Source: a virus
Taxonomy: Duplodnaviria > Caudoviricetes
Length of the DNA stretch: 64,000 bases
Virus record (IMG/VR): IMGVR_UViG_3300028832_000130
Span: 10,780 to 74,779 of that record
Reading direction: 5' to 3' (one strand)
The position numbers were made by a program, and so were the translations under genes. Below, piece by piece: positions 37,393-48,900 of the stretch (position 1 is its first letter; each line of letters begins with the position of its first letter). The notes below the pieces were generated by a model, which saw only the letters and a program-made list of their open reading frames with translations, had not been told where the DNA came from and did no database searches.

Positions 37393-37746
37393 TTAGTCAT
37401 CTTCTGACCGCTTTAATGGTAAAGGTTCCTGTACTATTTCTTCGTAGGGCACATAAGTGCCGTTATCGGGTAGCGAGACCCTGGAGCGCACCAACGCCTG
37501 CAGATCGTCGCGGTCTTTCTGTCTGTTGATGTTGATATTGATGTTCGTGTTCTTCTCAATACCCAACTTCACGGCCTCCATATACAGCTTCACCCACTGA
37601 ACGGGAGCACCTTCTTTTATCAGCTTCATCGTCTCTTCAAACTGCTGGAAGTTGTTCTCCGTCCAGTTGGCCATCATGCCCTGCACAGTATCGGCAAGCT
37701 TGACTACTGCACCCCTGTTCCTTCTGACATCTTTTCCAACATCCAT
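37393..37746 (-). CDS. Hypothetical protein (terminase small subunit candidate)
   Basis: Small helical protein, NININI C-terminal strand; only positional support. Confidence 0.4.
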   Translation of the reverse strand: MDVGKDVRRNRGAVVKLADTVQGMMANWTENNFQQFEETMKLIKEGAPVQWVKLYMEAVKLGIEKNTNINININRQKDRDDLQALVRSRVSLPDNGTYVPYEEIVQEPLPLKRSEDD

Positions 37747-38252
37747 TTCATTTTCTCCTTTCTCTCTTTTCTTTCTTTAGTCCGCTTGCGGTTATTCTCA
37801 CGGGTGTTAACGTATGAGGGTAGTTTTTCGTCTCTTACCTTGCCGTCTTCATCAAATACACCGTTACGGATAAAACCTCTTATAATACTTGCTCTTACGG
37901 GGCTGATAAAGAACTTTGGAGCTGGTTGCATAACGGCAAACTTCATGATGTAACTAAGGCTCTTGCCTATAAATTCCCGCTTTTCAGATAACTCTTGCAC
38001 CACCTTGAATAGCGAGTAGTACATTTCGCGACGTAGTGGCATCATCAAATCTATCCTTCTAAAGTTCCCCCTTATCATCGCAGCAATATTCTGGCTGGCT
38101 TGCCTTGGTGTGACATAGTAACGTGGCGCAGGTTCGTTGACCATGCGCTCGTAAGCCTGATGCTGCGACCAGCACTCGCCACATACGCGCTTATAAGCAG
38201 CGATGAGGTCTTGATGCATCTGTTTCGATATGTCATAGTTTACTTTGCTCAT
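37704..38252 (-). CDS. Hypothetical basic protein with two PAP(R/K)(Y/F)(Y/F) repeats
   Basis: EPAPRYYVTP and QPAPKFFISP; start MSKVNY (38252) follows TAAATTTG -7 element at 38257-38265. Confidence 0.7.
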   Translation of the reverse strand: MSKVNYDISKQMHQDLIAAYKRVCGECWSQHQAYERMVNEPAPRYYVTPRQASQNIAAMIRGNFRRIDLMMPLRREMYYSLFKVVQELSEKREFIGKSLSYIMKFAVMQPAPKFFISPVRASIIRGFIRNGVFDEDGKVRDEKLPSYVNTRENNRKRTKERKERKEKMKWMLEKMSEGTGVQ

Positions 38253-38369
38253 GCCTGCAAATTTACGGAAAATCTTCCGTTTATGAAGATTTTTCGCTTC
38301 CATGCTATTAATGATTGCCAATGATTATCAAAGATTATAATCCGTTTCCGACTTTCTTTCATTGTGTAG

Positions 38370-38412
38370 TTTCGGAATCGGAATAAACAATGTGGCGAAA
38401 TCATATATTTGC
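38370..38412 (+). promoter_or_regulatory. Late promoter 3 (tail fibre operon)
   Basis: TTTCGGAATCGGAA-N20-TATATTTGC, identical motif to late promoter 1. Confidence 0.75.
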
Positions 38413-38433
38413 GTGCAATAAAACGTTTTATTT

Positions 38434-39132
38434 ATGCCTACATTTAAAGAAGATTTACACTTGGGCCATAAGGTTCCTTTGGTTGAAACCGACGATATTA
38501 GCGATAAGGCGATAACGTCAAAAAAGATGGCCGACAATAGCGTGATATGGGACAAGCTAGGTAATGACGTAAAGACTCGCATTAACGCTATGTCTTCTGT
38601 CAACTTAAGCATTTCTCCTAATGTCATTATGAAAGATTTGCAGAGCGAGGTGTATGTTGAGGCCCTAGCATACTATGACAATGACGAAATCCGCATCAAA
38701 CGCAACGGTATAGACATTGCCGTGGGTAGCGAAAAGACCCTTGCTATTACAGATACTATCACGCCAACAGGAACGGAAGACATAGTATATACTGCAGAGT
38801 TTATTAAGGGCGACGATGTAAAGGCCGTTGACAAGACATTGCCAGTGGCACAGCCTATATACTACGGTGCGGGCCAAACCATCGAAGATGCCACAAACGT
38901 AGCTCCTCCCAGAACGTCAGTAAATGGCGAATACCACATAGCCGTTACTGCAGACGGAAGCTATCTATTCTTTATCGTGCCTAACAGCATGACTATTAAT
39001 CGCGTTACAATGAACTCTTTTGAAGTTGGCTTTGATGAACCTACAACGGAAATCATTCACGGGTATCCATATAAGGTCTACAAGAGCAGTGACGCATACA
39101 ATCAATTTGACGAAATCCTAATAGTATCATAA
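38434..39132 (+). CDS. Virion appendage protein, Ig-like (paralogue 1)
   Basis: Beta-rich; C-term YLFFIVPNSMTI...YKVYKSS shared with next gene. Confidence 0.6.
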   Translation: MPTFKEDLHLGHKVPLVETDDISDKAITSKKMADNSVIWDKLGNDVKTRINAMSSVNLSISPNVIMKDLQSEVYVEALAYYDNDEIRIKRNGIDIAVGSEKTLAITDTITPTGTEDIVYTAEFIKGDDVKAVDKTLPVAQPIYYGAGQTIEDATNVAPPRTSVNGEYHIAVTADGSYLFFIVPNSMTINRVTMNSFEVGFDEPTTEIIHGYPYKVYKSSDAYNQFDEILIVS

Positions 39133-39135
39133 GAT

Positions 39136-39837
39136 ATGACAGAAAAAGTATCGCATATCCCCACAAGAATAAAGAACGCTAAGGTTGGCGGTCATGTATG
39201 TGGAGCCACCGATATAGATGCTGGAGGTGGGAAAAACCAGTCAGAGGTTAACGGCGACCTTCAAGACCAGATCAACGAGATTGTAGGTAGTAGTGCCACT
39301 GTCAATCTTGCAGCATCTCCCTCGTTGATACTTGTAGGCAATGAGCCTGTTGAAATATCACTGTCTGCTACAGCCAGCAAGAGTGCTTTAAGTATTGTCA
39401 TCGGGAAGGGAACGCAAATCATTGCCAGTGGCAGTGGTACCAGCCTAAGTGGTACAGATACCATCACTCCTACTGAAGCAGGTGATATTCAGTATGGTTC
39501 CCAGTTTATCATAGCTGGGGTTACTAAAACAAAAAGTTGTATTGTGACAGCAGTATATCCTATCAGAACTGGCTCAGGTGCAGCGTATGTAGATGGTACT
39601 CCGCTGACTACTCCAAAGACCAGTCCTGCTGGCACCTACAATATCACCGTTGCCAATGATGGCGACTATGTGTACTTCAACGTGCCAGCAACCATGACCA
39701 TTCACGGTGCTACCATGAGTGGCTTCACATTCCCTCTTGAAGAGCCTCAGAGTGTTACTATAGGTGGTGTTGCTTATAAGTCTTATAGATCAAGCAACAC
39801 TTATGATGCAGGAACATTAACAATAGTAATTTCTTAA
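39136..39837 (+). CDS. Virion appendage protein, Ig-like (paralogue 2)
   Basis: C-term YVYFNVPATMTI...YKSYRSS. Confidence 0.6.
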   Translation: MTEKVSHIPTRIKNAKVGGHVCGATDIDAGGGKNQSEVNGDLQDQINEIVGSSATVNLAASPSLILVGNEPVEISLSATASKSALSIVIGKGTQIIASGSGTSLSGTDTITPTEAGDIQYGSQFIIAGVTKTKSCIVTAVYPIRTGSGAAYVDGTPLTTPKTSPAGTYNITVANDGDYVYFNVPATMTIHGATMSGFTFPLEEPQSVTIGGVAYKSYRSSNTYDAGTLTIVIS

Positions 39838-39849
39838 ATTAACAGAGAT

Positions 39850-42648
39850 ATGGAAAAAACAATTAAAATTGGTGGAGAGCTTGAATCAGTTGCTACTGGT
39901 GGTATTGTAGCAGCAGCATCCGCTATCAAGGATAAGGCAAAAGGCAAGTTCCAGGGTGAGATTAATGCTGAAGTAGATGCTTCTTTGGAAGATAGATACA
40001 CTAAAGAGGAAACCTACAGCAAGCAAGAGCTTAACAGTCTGATCACGACTCCAAGTACCAACTATGAAGCCGTTGAGGCTACAGAGGAAACAACTGATGT
40101 TACTGACGTGCTTCCTGCCACTGGTGAGGCTGACACTATCTACCGCGTGGGCTCTTGGGATGGTAGTCAGTACGACGCCACCAGCTACAGCGAATATGCC
40201 TGGAAAGGTAATGCTTACGTTCATCTGTCTACTAAGCCGCAGATAGGCGAGGTATTTGATATTTCTGCCTATCGTGCTACTGGTGGTACACTGGCAAAGT
40301 ATGCTGACCTTGCAGCAGCTCTTGACGGTGGCAACAATGTTCCTTCTGGTCTTCGTAAGGGTGGTATGTCAGTCAAGTTTGTACAGAGTTCTGACAATAA
40401 GTATGTGCAGTATATGCTGGTCGCTAATCAGTGGAGTAACAATATCAGTGATTGGCAAAAAATTAATGATGTTGTGTCCTGCTACAAAGAAGTAAATTTC
40501 CACAGCAACCAATCAATGTATAATTGGTTCAAAACTAATATTATTGGCATATACTTTAGCCCAGACAGGTCAAAGACGTTAGTTGATGGCGTAGAATATA
40601 TATGCTCATACATCGGTATCAATAATAGTTATGGGAATAATGCTTTGGGAATTAATTTGAAGTGTGTAGATACCGAAAATACAGAAGTGTTCCATGTAGC
40701 ATTCTATTTACCAAATAGTAACAACCTACAGCCACATTCTACATATCAATTGCTTCCGTATGGTGCTGGGCATCCAGAACAGTATGGCGATGTTTATATT
40801 AGAACGGCAGATAATTTTACATGGACAACTGATTCTGCTTTAATCTCACATCCGTTTGATTTCGTCAACTTTGGTATAGGGAAAGATGTCATTCCTTTCA
40901 TCAATTCAGCGATAACTCCAATCTATACCCAAATAGAAGAAAATAGTCAAGCTATTAGCCAAGTGATAGAGAATAATCCTAAAACGTATGTGATAGTTAA
41001 TATTCCATCAGGTTTTACAAGAGAGATAATTAAACTTATACAAGAGATATATGTAGAAACAGACCTTGACTTGGAGGGCTATAAGCTAATAGTGAAATAT
41101 ATAGCTTTGAACAGCAGCAGTTTAGGAGGTAATAATTTCTATGCAATACAACTTGCTGCTCTTAACCCAACAACAGGAACGACTATGTATGAGAGTAGTT
41201 TTATAGGGCGTGGTAGCAGTTGGAAAGCAGGCGTGTTATATCAGCTGTACAATTATGGTGCATCTGGTGTGCTAAACAATAGGGCACGTGTGTATATAAG
41301 AACTTCTTTAAATTTTTCTTGGCCTTCAGAAACTTATTTTGGTGGTGGCACTAATTATCCGCTTGAATTGACAGCAAACGGTTATGGGAAAAATGTTATT
41401 CCATATATTATGCTATCTCAGCAGCAGACATATAGAATAATAGATGCAACTGATATAGACTTGAATATTCTGAATTTAATAAAAGACTTTTTCATCGTTG
41501 GAGATCTAAGTATTCCAGATGATAAAAAAGTTGTCATAACTTACATTGGATTTAATTCTAATAATTTAGGTGGAGAGGGAAAATTCGGAGTTCAAGTAGC
41601 ATTGCTTGATATGTACGCCCAATATTCTGAACAGACAAATATTGAGTGGGATGCTTCTACGTACAATTCAGATACACTATACAAAGGAACTATTACATCT
41701 GGTGGTAATAGTATCTTTGGCAATTGTTCTTTCTTTATTAGGACTGCTTCGAACTTCTCTTGGACTTCAAGTGTCGTTTTGAAAAATAATAATCCGACAT
41801 TAGAGTTACTACCTGCATGTTATGGTGAAAATATAATGCCATTCATTATTTCTTCGGAAAATAGAACTCCTGTATTAACTGTTGGAAAGAGTTCTGATTT
41901 CGATTTCCAATCTGTTACCGAAGCAGTTGCTGCTGCAAATGACGGTGATACCATAATTGTATATCCAGGTATTTATAGTAATGAAGTAATAGTTGCAAAG
42001 AATAAGACTGTGTATATTATTGGTATCGACAGAGACTCTTGTATTATAAAGAATAATTACGGTGAGTATTATAGACCTCCTATGGAAATGGCAAGTGGCT
42101 TACTTCGAAACTTGACTATAATTCAAGAGAAAGATACATTAGACCAATATGGACTCGGTGCTTACGCTGTTCATCTTGATTTCAATTATATGAAAGATAA
42201 GACTATTAGAATAGAAAATTGCACACTTCAATCTAATTCTCCTTTGGCAGGAGCAATAGGAGTCGGATTGAGAGGTGGCTGCACACTTACCTTAAAGGGA
42301 TGTCATTTAATTTCTGGCACAAGTAATAGGGCAATTGTAGTGCATGACAATAATAATAGTGAAGAGTATGATGGTTTACAGTGTTTCCATGCAGAAGATA
42401 CTATATTTGAAACTGTATCAAGTGAACAAGTTGCAGTTCACATTCAAGGACAGGGTAATCCAAATAGAACATTTGAGGATAGCCAGTTCTATATAAGGTT
42501 TAATACATGCACTATTTATGGTACATTACTGTTCAACAACTACTATAATGATGCTGTTGTGACAGCAGATGATTTTGAGGGTGTACAGAACCTGCGCTTA
42601 GATAAACTGTCATATGGAAATAACAAGTCAGAACTTAATGCTTTGTAA
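39850..42648 (+). CDS. Tail fibre/tailspike with three internal repeats and a pectin-lyase-like beta-helix
   Basis: RKGGMSVKFVQSSDNKYVQY module; VTEAVAAANDGDTIIVYPGIY...VYIIG beta-helix start. Confidence 0.75.
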   Translation: MEKTIKIGGELESVATGGIVAAASAIKDKAKGKFQGEINAEVDASLEDRYTKEETYSKQELNSLITTPSTNYEAVEATEETTDVTDVLPATGEADTIYRVGSWDGSQYDATSYSEYAWKGNAYVHLSTKPQIGEVFDISAYRATGGTLAKYADLAAALDGGNNVPSGLRKGGMSVKFVQSSDNKYVQYMLVANQWSNNISDWQKINDVVSCYKEVNFHSNQSMYNWFKTNIIGIYFSPDRSKTLVDGVEYICSYIGINNSYGNNALGINLKCVDTENTEVFHVAFYLPNSNNLQPHSTYQLLPYGAGHPEQYGDVYIRTADNFTWTTDSALISHPFDFVNFGIGKDVIPFINSAITPIYTQIEENSQAISQVIENNPKTYVIVNIPSGFTREIIKLIQEIYVETDLDLEGYKLIVKYIALNSSSLGGNNFYAIQLAALNPTTGTTMYESSFIGRGSSWKAGVLYQLYNYGASGVLNNRARVYIRTSLNFSWPSETYFGGGTNYPLELTANGYGKNVIPYIMLSQQQTYRIIDATDIDLNILNLIKDFFIVGDLSIPDDKKVVITYIGFNSNNLGGEGKFGVQVALLDMYAQYSEQTNIEWDASTYNSDTLYKGTITSGGNSIFGNCSFFIRTASNFSWTSSVVLKNNNPTLELLPACYGENIMPFIISSENRTPVLTVGKSSDFDFQSVTEAVAAANDGDTIIVYPGIYSNEVIVAKNKTVYIIGIDRDSCIIKNNYGEYYRPPMEMASGLLRNLTIIQEKDTLDQYGLGAYAVHLDFNYMKDKTIRIENCTLQSNSPLAGAIGVGLRGGCTLTLKGCHLISGTSNRAIVVHDNNNSEEYDGLQCFHAEDTIFETVSSEQVAVHIQGQGNPNRTFEDSQFYIRFNTCTIYGTLLFNNYYNDAVVTADDFEGVQNLRLDKLSYGNNKSELNAL

Positions 42649-42693
42649 CTAACATAGTTATTGTAATAAGTAGGTACAAAAAAAGAAACAGGT

Positions 42694-42798
42694 ATGAACA
42701 AAGTAATAATATTCTTTCTCCTTGCTGTTGGCATAGCCATAGCAGGATGGATGGCATACCCGAAGTTCAAGGAACTATTTGAGATTCTGATAGGTTAA
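42694..42798 (+). CDS. Small hydrophobic peptide, 34 aa
   Basis: Hand-found MNKVIIFFLLAVGIAIAGWMAYPKFKELFEILIG; AGGTATG context. Confidence 0.55.
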   Translation: MNKVIIFFLLAVGIAIAGWMAYPKFKELFEILIG

Positions 42799-42833
42799 AT
42801 CATATATATAGTTTTAGGTTTTTAGTTATCGGT

Positions 42834-42870
42834 AGAGCCGGCTTGCAGAGATTGCAAACTGGCTCTTTTT
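42834..42870 (+). terminator. GAGA-capped terminator
   Basis: AGAGCCGG-CTTGCA-GAGA-TTGCAA-ACTGGCTCT-TTTT. Confidence 0.75.
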
Positions 42871-42934
42871 ATAGCAATTATCCCGCCAAGTAGCAACACC
42901 TGACGGGACAATTTCAAGAGATTCGTAAAATGGA

Positions 42935-45900
42935 TTATTCGATGTCTTGCGTCTTGTCAAGCTCTTCTACGACCATCTGTAGTGTACTGTTGTAGAGTGC
43001 TCTTGCGTTCTTTCGCTTTCTGCCTTCTGCTTGGTTGGCTGCGGTATTCAGTTGCTTCAACGTCTTTTCTGCCTCTCTTACCATTTCCATGCGTACAAAG
43101 TCCTTGCCCTTTGCTTCTTCCATGTACTTCATGAGGTGTTCAGGATTGCTGCCCATATCGGCTTCGTACCCCTTTATATTGTGATACTTCTCGTTTGCCT
43201 CTTCGCGATACTTACGATACTTAGCCTTGATACGGTACAGGTCTGTGCGCTCGTCGCCCTGCTGCCAGAAGGCGCGGAAGAACTCTATCTTTCGCATGTT
43301 AAAGTCAGCCTCATCATCGGTGAACGCCCATTTATAGGCATCTCCTACGGCAGAGCCAGTGTTCATAAAGAACTTGCCTGGGCCACCAGTATATTGCTCT
43401 AACAGATATTGCATGCTGCTTGGGTTTATCTGTGCCCATCCGCGCTTCACATCGTCACCTCCACTTATATCGTTAAGCCACTTTGACAATGAAATATAAG
43501 CGGAGTTGGTGTTGCCAAGAGTCATCTGGTATTCTGGTGTCCATTCGTCACCTGGGTAGCGGTCTTCCCTAAAGATAGGTTTGCCCGTCCAGCCCAAGTT
43601 CTCGCCTACAGCCACCAATGGAGCTACTGGTGAGCAAATTCTTCCTGCGAATTCTGCTACAGGATTGAACTCGTTGGTAATCTTCGTCTCAAAGTCAACG
43701 GGTGAGAATACGTTTAGGAATCCTATAACTTCGTCATACAACGTCTTGTCAATGGGTTTTAGCTTCGGGAATAATGTGATACCTGCTATCATGTCACCCA
43801 TAGAGTAGAACGCTGCCAGCTCCTGACCCATTGGGATAACAAGGAAGTCGTTCTTTCCACAACCAGGAATCCATCCAGTATAGATACACAAGTTCTTTCT
43901 GCGCACCCACTCTGGCAGGTTTGCATACGGATCGTCGTCGCCATCGCCTCCAGCAAGAGCATAGAGTGCTGCATTGAGTACAGGCATCAGCATGCCCATA
44001 GCGAAAGGTGGTGCTGCATATCGCGTGAGAAGTCTCCCTGCGTACTTATAGTTGATAGAGCCATCTGGATTCTTCAAGCCTCGGAAGATGTTACAGATAG
44101 CCTGCACGGTGGCATTAAAGAACATCTTATTTGCCATCAGTATCTGCGAAGCCTCTCCAGCAATCTTGGCTGCTCTAGTAACACTCTTTTTGTCGCTCTT
44201 GAAGCTTGCCGTCTTTCTGCCTGCCCCCTTCTTGTTAAAGTTTACAGTTACTTCCTTAGCGTCGTAAGCAGAGCGGGCCTTGGTGCGGCCTGCATAGTGA
44301 CGGGATGCGCGGTAGGTAGCAAAGCGAGCATTGTTCTCAATGGCCTCATTCATTGCCTCTACAGCACCAAGTGTCTTATCGAAGAAACTATTTGTCAACT
44401 TCTTTACCTTGCCAGGAGTGCTTAGCATGCCTTCCATCTCCTTCTGCAGTTCTGCCACCTTCTTCATGTGAACAAACCCTGTTATACCACCATTGTCCAT
44501 GAAGTCTTTGAAGTCGCGCTCCATTTCTTTGCTCTCGTCAAGGGTGCCAGCACGATACTTCTTGAACAATGAAATCATGTGTGGCAACTGCTGTCTGTAG
44601 TATTTCTGGGCTTCTGACTCATAGTCCATGCCTTCACGTGCCGCGAGAATGGCACCGAAGTGAGTCCAGTCACGGAGCATATTTCTTCCGAGGAACGTAA
44701 TGTTGTATGATGTGCTAACGGTCTGCTGGAACTGTTTGAGGCTGGCAACCATCTTGTTTACTGTTCCCTTTCCTGACTCATAGCGTAGCTCTCCATTGAT
44801 AGCTTGCGCCATGCGTGGGTTGCCCATTACTATCATGGTCTTGCGCTGTCCGTTAATTATCACTTCGACGATGTGCTCTCTCATGCGCTTCTTATCAACC
44901 TTGTAGTCGAATTTAGCCTTGCTATTCAGTCGCTTTGCCTCGCCTCTGGCTTCCAGTTCTGCCATGCGGGTATTAAAGTCGCTGACAGCCTGCTCAACCT
45001 CCTGCGGGGTCATGTCTGAATCAATGCGTGGGAAATCAACTATAAAGTCTCCCGTTGTCGGGTCAAGCACAGCCCATGTGTCTTGTATCTTTACAAGGTC
45101 GTTTTCGTGTGCCTGACACAGGCGGTAGAAGTGTTGCTTCACCACATTCTGATTACCGTCAGAGATAGCTTTATAGGTCATGGCGAACAAGGTTGAAAGC
45201 GGATAGTTGGCTTTGCTCTTACGACCCTTGGCATTTCTCAACAGACCTCCCACACTGTTTTTATTGTTGGATTCTGTCATATACTGCCAGTGGTCTTGTG
45301 CTGCCTCTCCCTCATTGAATCCTCGCATAGGAACGTAGAAGTGGAACATGTTCTTTATGCGGTCGTGAACCGACTCAGACAACATGCCGCAGTCTCTGTA
45401 CTTATCCAATCCAAGGTTTGAACACAAGTTTATCTGCTCCCAGAGCCTGTTACGCAACTCATCGCCCATCTTCTCTTCCTGTTTTTGCAGTTTGCTGAGA
45501 ATGTCGGCCTCGCTATAGTTACCTTTCTCGTCACCATACATATCTGTAAAGCCTGAGTAGTCATGCTTCTCTGCATTATAGCGCTTGTTGATGTTGGACT
45601 TGATGAAGTCATCCATTTCCTCTATATACTGAGCAAATGAAATCTCTCCATCCTTCAACTTCTGATAGTTCTCGTTATTCATTGCAGCAAAGTCCTTCTC
45701 CATCTCGTCGAGAAGTTCTTTTTCATCATCTTCCAATTCTTTGCTGCGCTGAGCCTTTAGCCAATCTCTTACATAGAGCACTCGGTTGCGCTCAAAGCCA
45801 TGCTTGGTGAAAAGATAGCGGTCAACATCACCCGTCTGCCATCCCATCTTTTCGCATAGCTGTAATACGGTTCCTTCAAGTGGTCTACGGTAGATATTGG

Positions 45901-48900
45901 TAAACTGCTCCTGCTCTGTGAATGTCTTGCCATAAGAAAGGTTCATGGCCTGATAAGCGTTCTGAGAGTCGGGTATTTCCTCATCGTGGGCAATAGCCTC
46001 CTGACCCTTCTTGAATGTTATCATGTCGTCCTGACCAGCTTCCGTAACTACGGTTTCTGCACGGTCAATACGCTCATGATATACTTCCTTTGCAGAGTAT
46101 TCGCCCATTTCACGAACACCCTCTACCTTTTCTTTGCGCTCTTTCTTCCAGCGTTTTGCTGAAAGCTCAATGGCTTTGAGTGGGTCTACTACTTCTTGTA
46201 GTTCGGGTTCCTCTTCAGAGCGTACGACGTTATCTCCCCGTTCTCGTCCCTGTTGATTACTTCTACGAACCTGGGTTGCTGGTGCCTGTCGATTTTCGCC
46301 AAGTCGTCCAAGCTGATTGTTCCTTTCTTCTTTTCTTCCATTTTGTATATAATTGGTTAGTTCTCCTGCAAAGTTACGGATTTCTTGTCTATTATCCAAG
46401 AACTCGTTCATAAATTTTTCAGTACCGATATTTGCTACCACCACATTACCGATAAGGAAAGAGCAAGCTTCTTCCAGTCTTTCTTCCTTTTCGTATGCAT
46501 TTCTGATGTGCATATAGATGTCTGGGCGATTGGCTTTCAGCCAGTCATAGCAGGCTTGCCCGTATCTGTTACGAGCATCTGCCGGCATGCGCTGCCAATA
46601 GCCATGTACTTGTTCGTGCCACCACGCTTCTTCTGCTTCTCTGATGTCACGAAGTTTCTCCCCAAACACTACAACAACATCACCCTTGGGGAAATATCCG
46701 GATGCGGTATCAGGCTCGTTGTAAAGTTCCTCAATCTCGTTATAGACATCATCACCTACCTGTCCCTTCAAAGCCTCCAAGTCAGCGCGGCTGTTAACGA
46801 CATAAGTAGGCACGCCACCATTAACTCCAAAACGACTTGAAATACTGTCTACGAAGTCTTTTATATCGTCTAATAGAGAAATCTGACGCTCCTGTCTCCA
46901 ACTATCTGCTGCCTGTTCAATGGCTTCCAACGGATTGTTGGTAGTAATCATGCGCTTGGGAGATTCCTCTTCCTTATGCTCTTCGGCAACTGTTACGCCT
47001 AGCTCGTCGAGACGTTTCATGACGGCATCGAGATTGCTGCGCTTGAACTCGGCCTTCATCTTACTGCTGCCTTCAAACTGACCGTCCATCAGAGAAAGGA
47101 GGGTTTCGTCGTTGTAGTACTTAGCTCCCTTCTTAGCAGACTTAGGCACAGTCAACTCCAAGGTGTCATAGCTGTGGGTGTTCCAGTTCCAATCATTGGT
47201 AACACGGATTGACACGTCACCATCTGCACTCTCTACCTTGTCGCGGTTGTACTTCAATTCGTCCTTCTTGGCAGAGATTGGCGTCTTACTGGTAAGTCCC
47301 TTCGGTTCGAAGTTGTCTGGCATCAAGATACCCTGACGCACTTCGCCTGTATCGGTAGTAAACGAAATCAGCTTACCGCCTACACCCTGCTCACGGGTAG
47401 ATACAAGAGCTTTCAGCAGATTACCGGTAATGATATAACCATCCTTGCGGGCTGCAGTAGATGTCAGCTTATCCCAATTATCCGTGTTCTGTTCCAACAC
47501 TTTCAGCGTATTGGCAATATTCTGTCCGAACCAACCGCCTCTCGCCTGTGCGGTAAGAGAATTGATGGTGGGGAATATCTGTTCCTTCTCGCCCTTCTGC
47601 TGCTTTACCTTGCCATTGATAGGGATAGTAATCTTACGACGGCCATCAAGCGTAGCAAACGATATGGTGCTGGCATTGGGTGACATGTTATCACTAATCT
47701 TAATGTCAATCAGCTTACCAAATCCAGGCTCAAAGGTCATACTTCCGAGGTCGTAGATGTTGCTAGGCAAAGCATAGACACCATCCGTAGTGAAGGTTTC
47801 AAGAGCATCGACAAACACCTGTTTCTGTGCTTCGATAGCGGCAAGTGCATCGTCAAGCTTCTTAATCTCTTCCTTGTACATGTTCTCATACTGTATCTGA
47901 CCGTTGCGTTCTATCTCTTCGTCGGTCATTTCGTTCTTCTCCTGAGCTTTCTTGGCACCCTTAACATAACGTTCCTGTTCGGCTGCTGCCTTCTTCTTTG
48001 CTCTCTCGGTAATGGTCTCTGTGGTTTCGGCTTTCTTCTTCTCCGCCCACTCGTCAACCTTAGCAAGCGTTTCTTGCTTGTATTCATCCCATGTCTTACC
48101 ACCAAGAAGACGCTCCTGCGAAGCTTTCACCTCACTGGCTTTCATCGGCTTGCGTAGAACATCCATGTTGACTTTCTCTACGTAGGTATTGTCAGCAAAT
48201 GGGTTGTTACTATCCGGATCAATACCTTGCTCCCAAACTTGCTTGCTCAAAGTCTTGGCTTTCAACGGCATTTCGGTAATCTCCAAGTCGTTTTCGCCCA
48301 TTTCGTTCAGTCGGTCTATCTCAGTCTGATAGAGGTCGCTGATTTCTTTAAGCATCTTCTCCTGGTCTGCAACCTTCAAGAGCGCCATGCGACCAAGTAC
48401 TTTGCTTGCGGTTTTTCCTGCTTCACCTTCCTTTGATGCAGAAGCAACCAACTCTTCTGACGGCTTTATCTGCCAGTCATCTCCCCATTTCAAAGGATTT
48501 AGCAGCTTTTCTGCAAGGTCTACGTGTTCTGCGAGATACTGAGTAACGATGTCGTCACCATACTTATTAATGATGTCTTGTACCTGCATTTCGTTGAACT
48601 TCGACTTCTGAGAAGATGTAGTGTTGGCATCCAAAGAGCGAAGCTTTGCTTTCAACATCATCAATAGGCGTTGCTCTGATGGGATAGTAGAAACAATATA
48701 GGTATATCTACTATGTTGCTTCTGTCCTGTTCGATCTGTGCGGCCACGCATCTGCACTTCGTCGTTAATGTCACTCTGTGGCTGAACGACAATCATGTGA
48801 CGCTGGTCTGTGTTTAGGAACTTAATGCCTGCATGAAGGTCAATGCCCGTGCCTGCGCTCTTGTTCATGATAACAGCGTCTACAATGCCACTGTTGAAGT

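Noticed and set aside
38311-38353. Fifth late promoter driving the 37704 gene
   Set aside because: A half motif is present at 38341 but there is no TAnnTTTG at the 20-nt spacing; the gene has a separate -7 element
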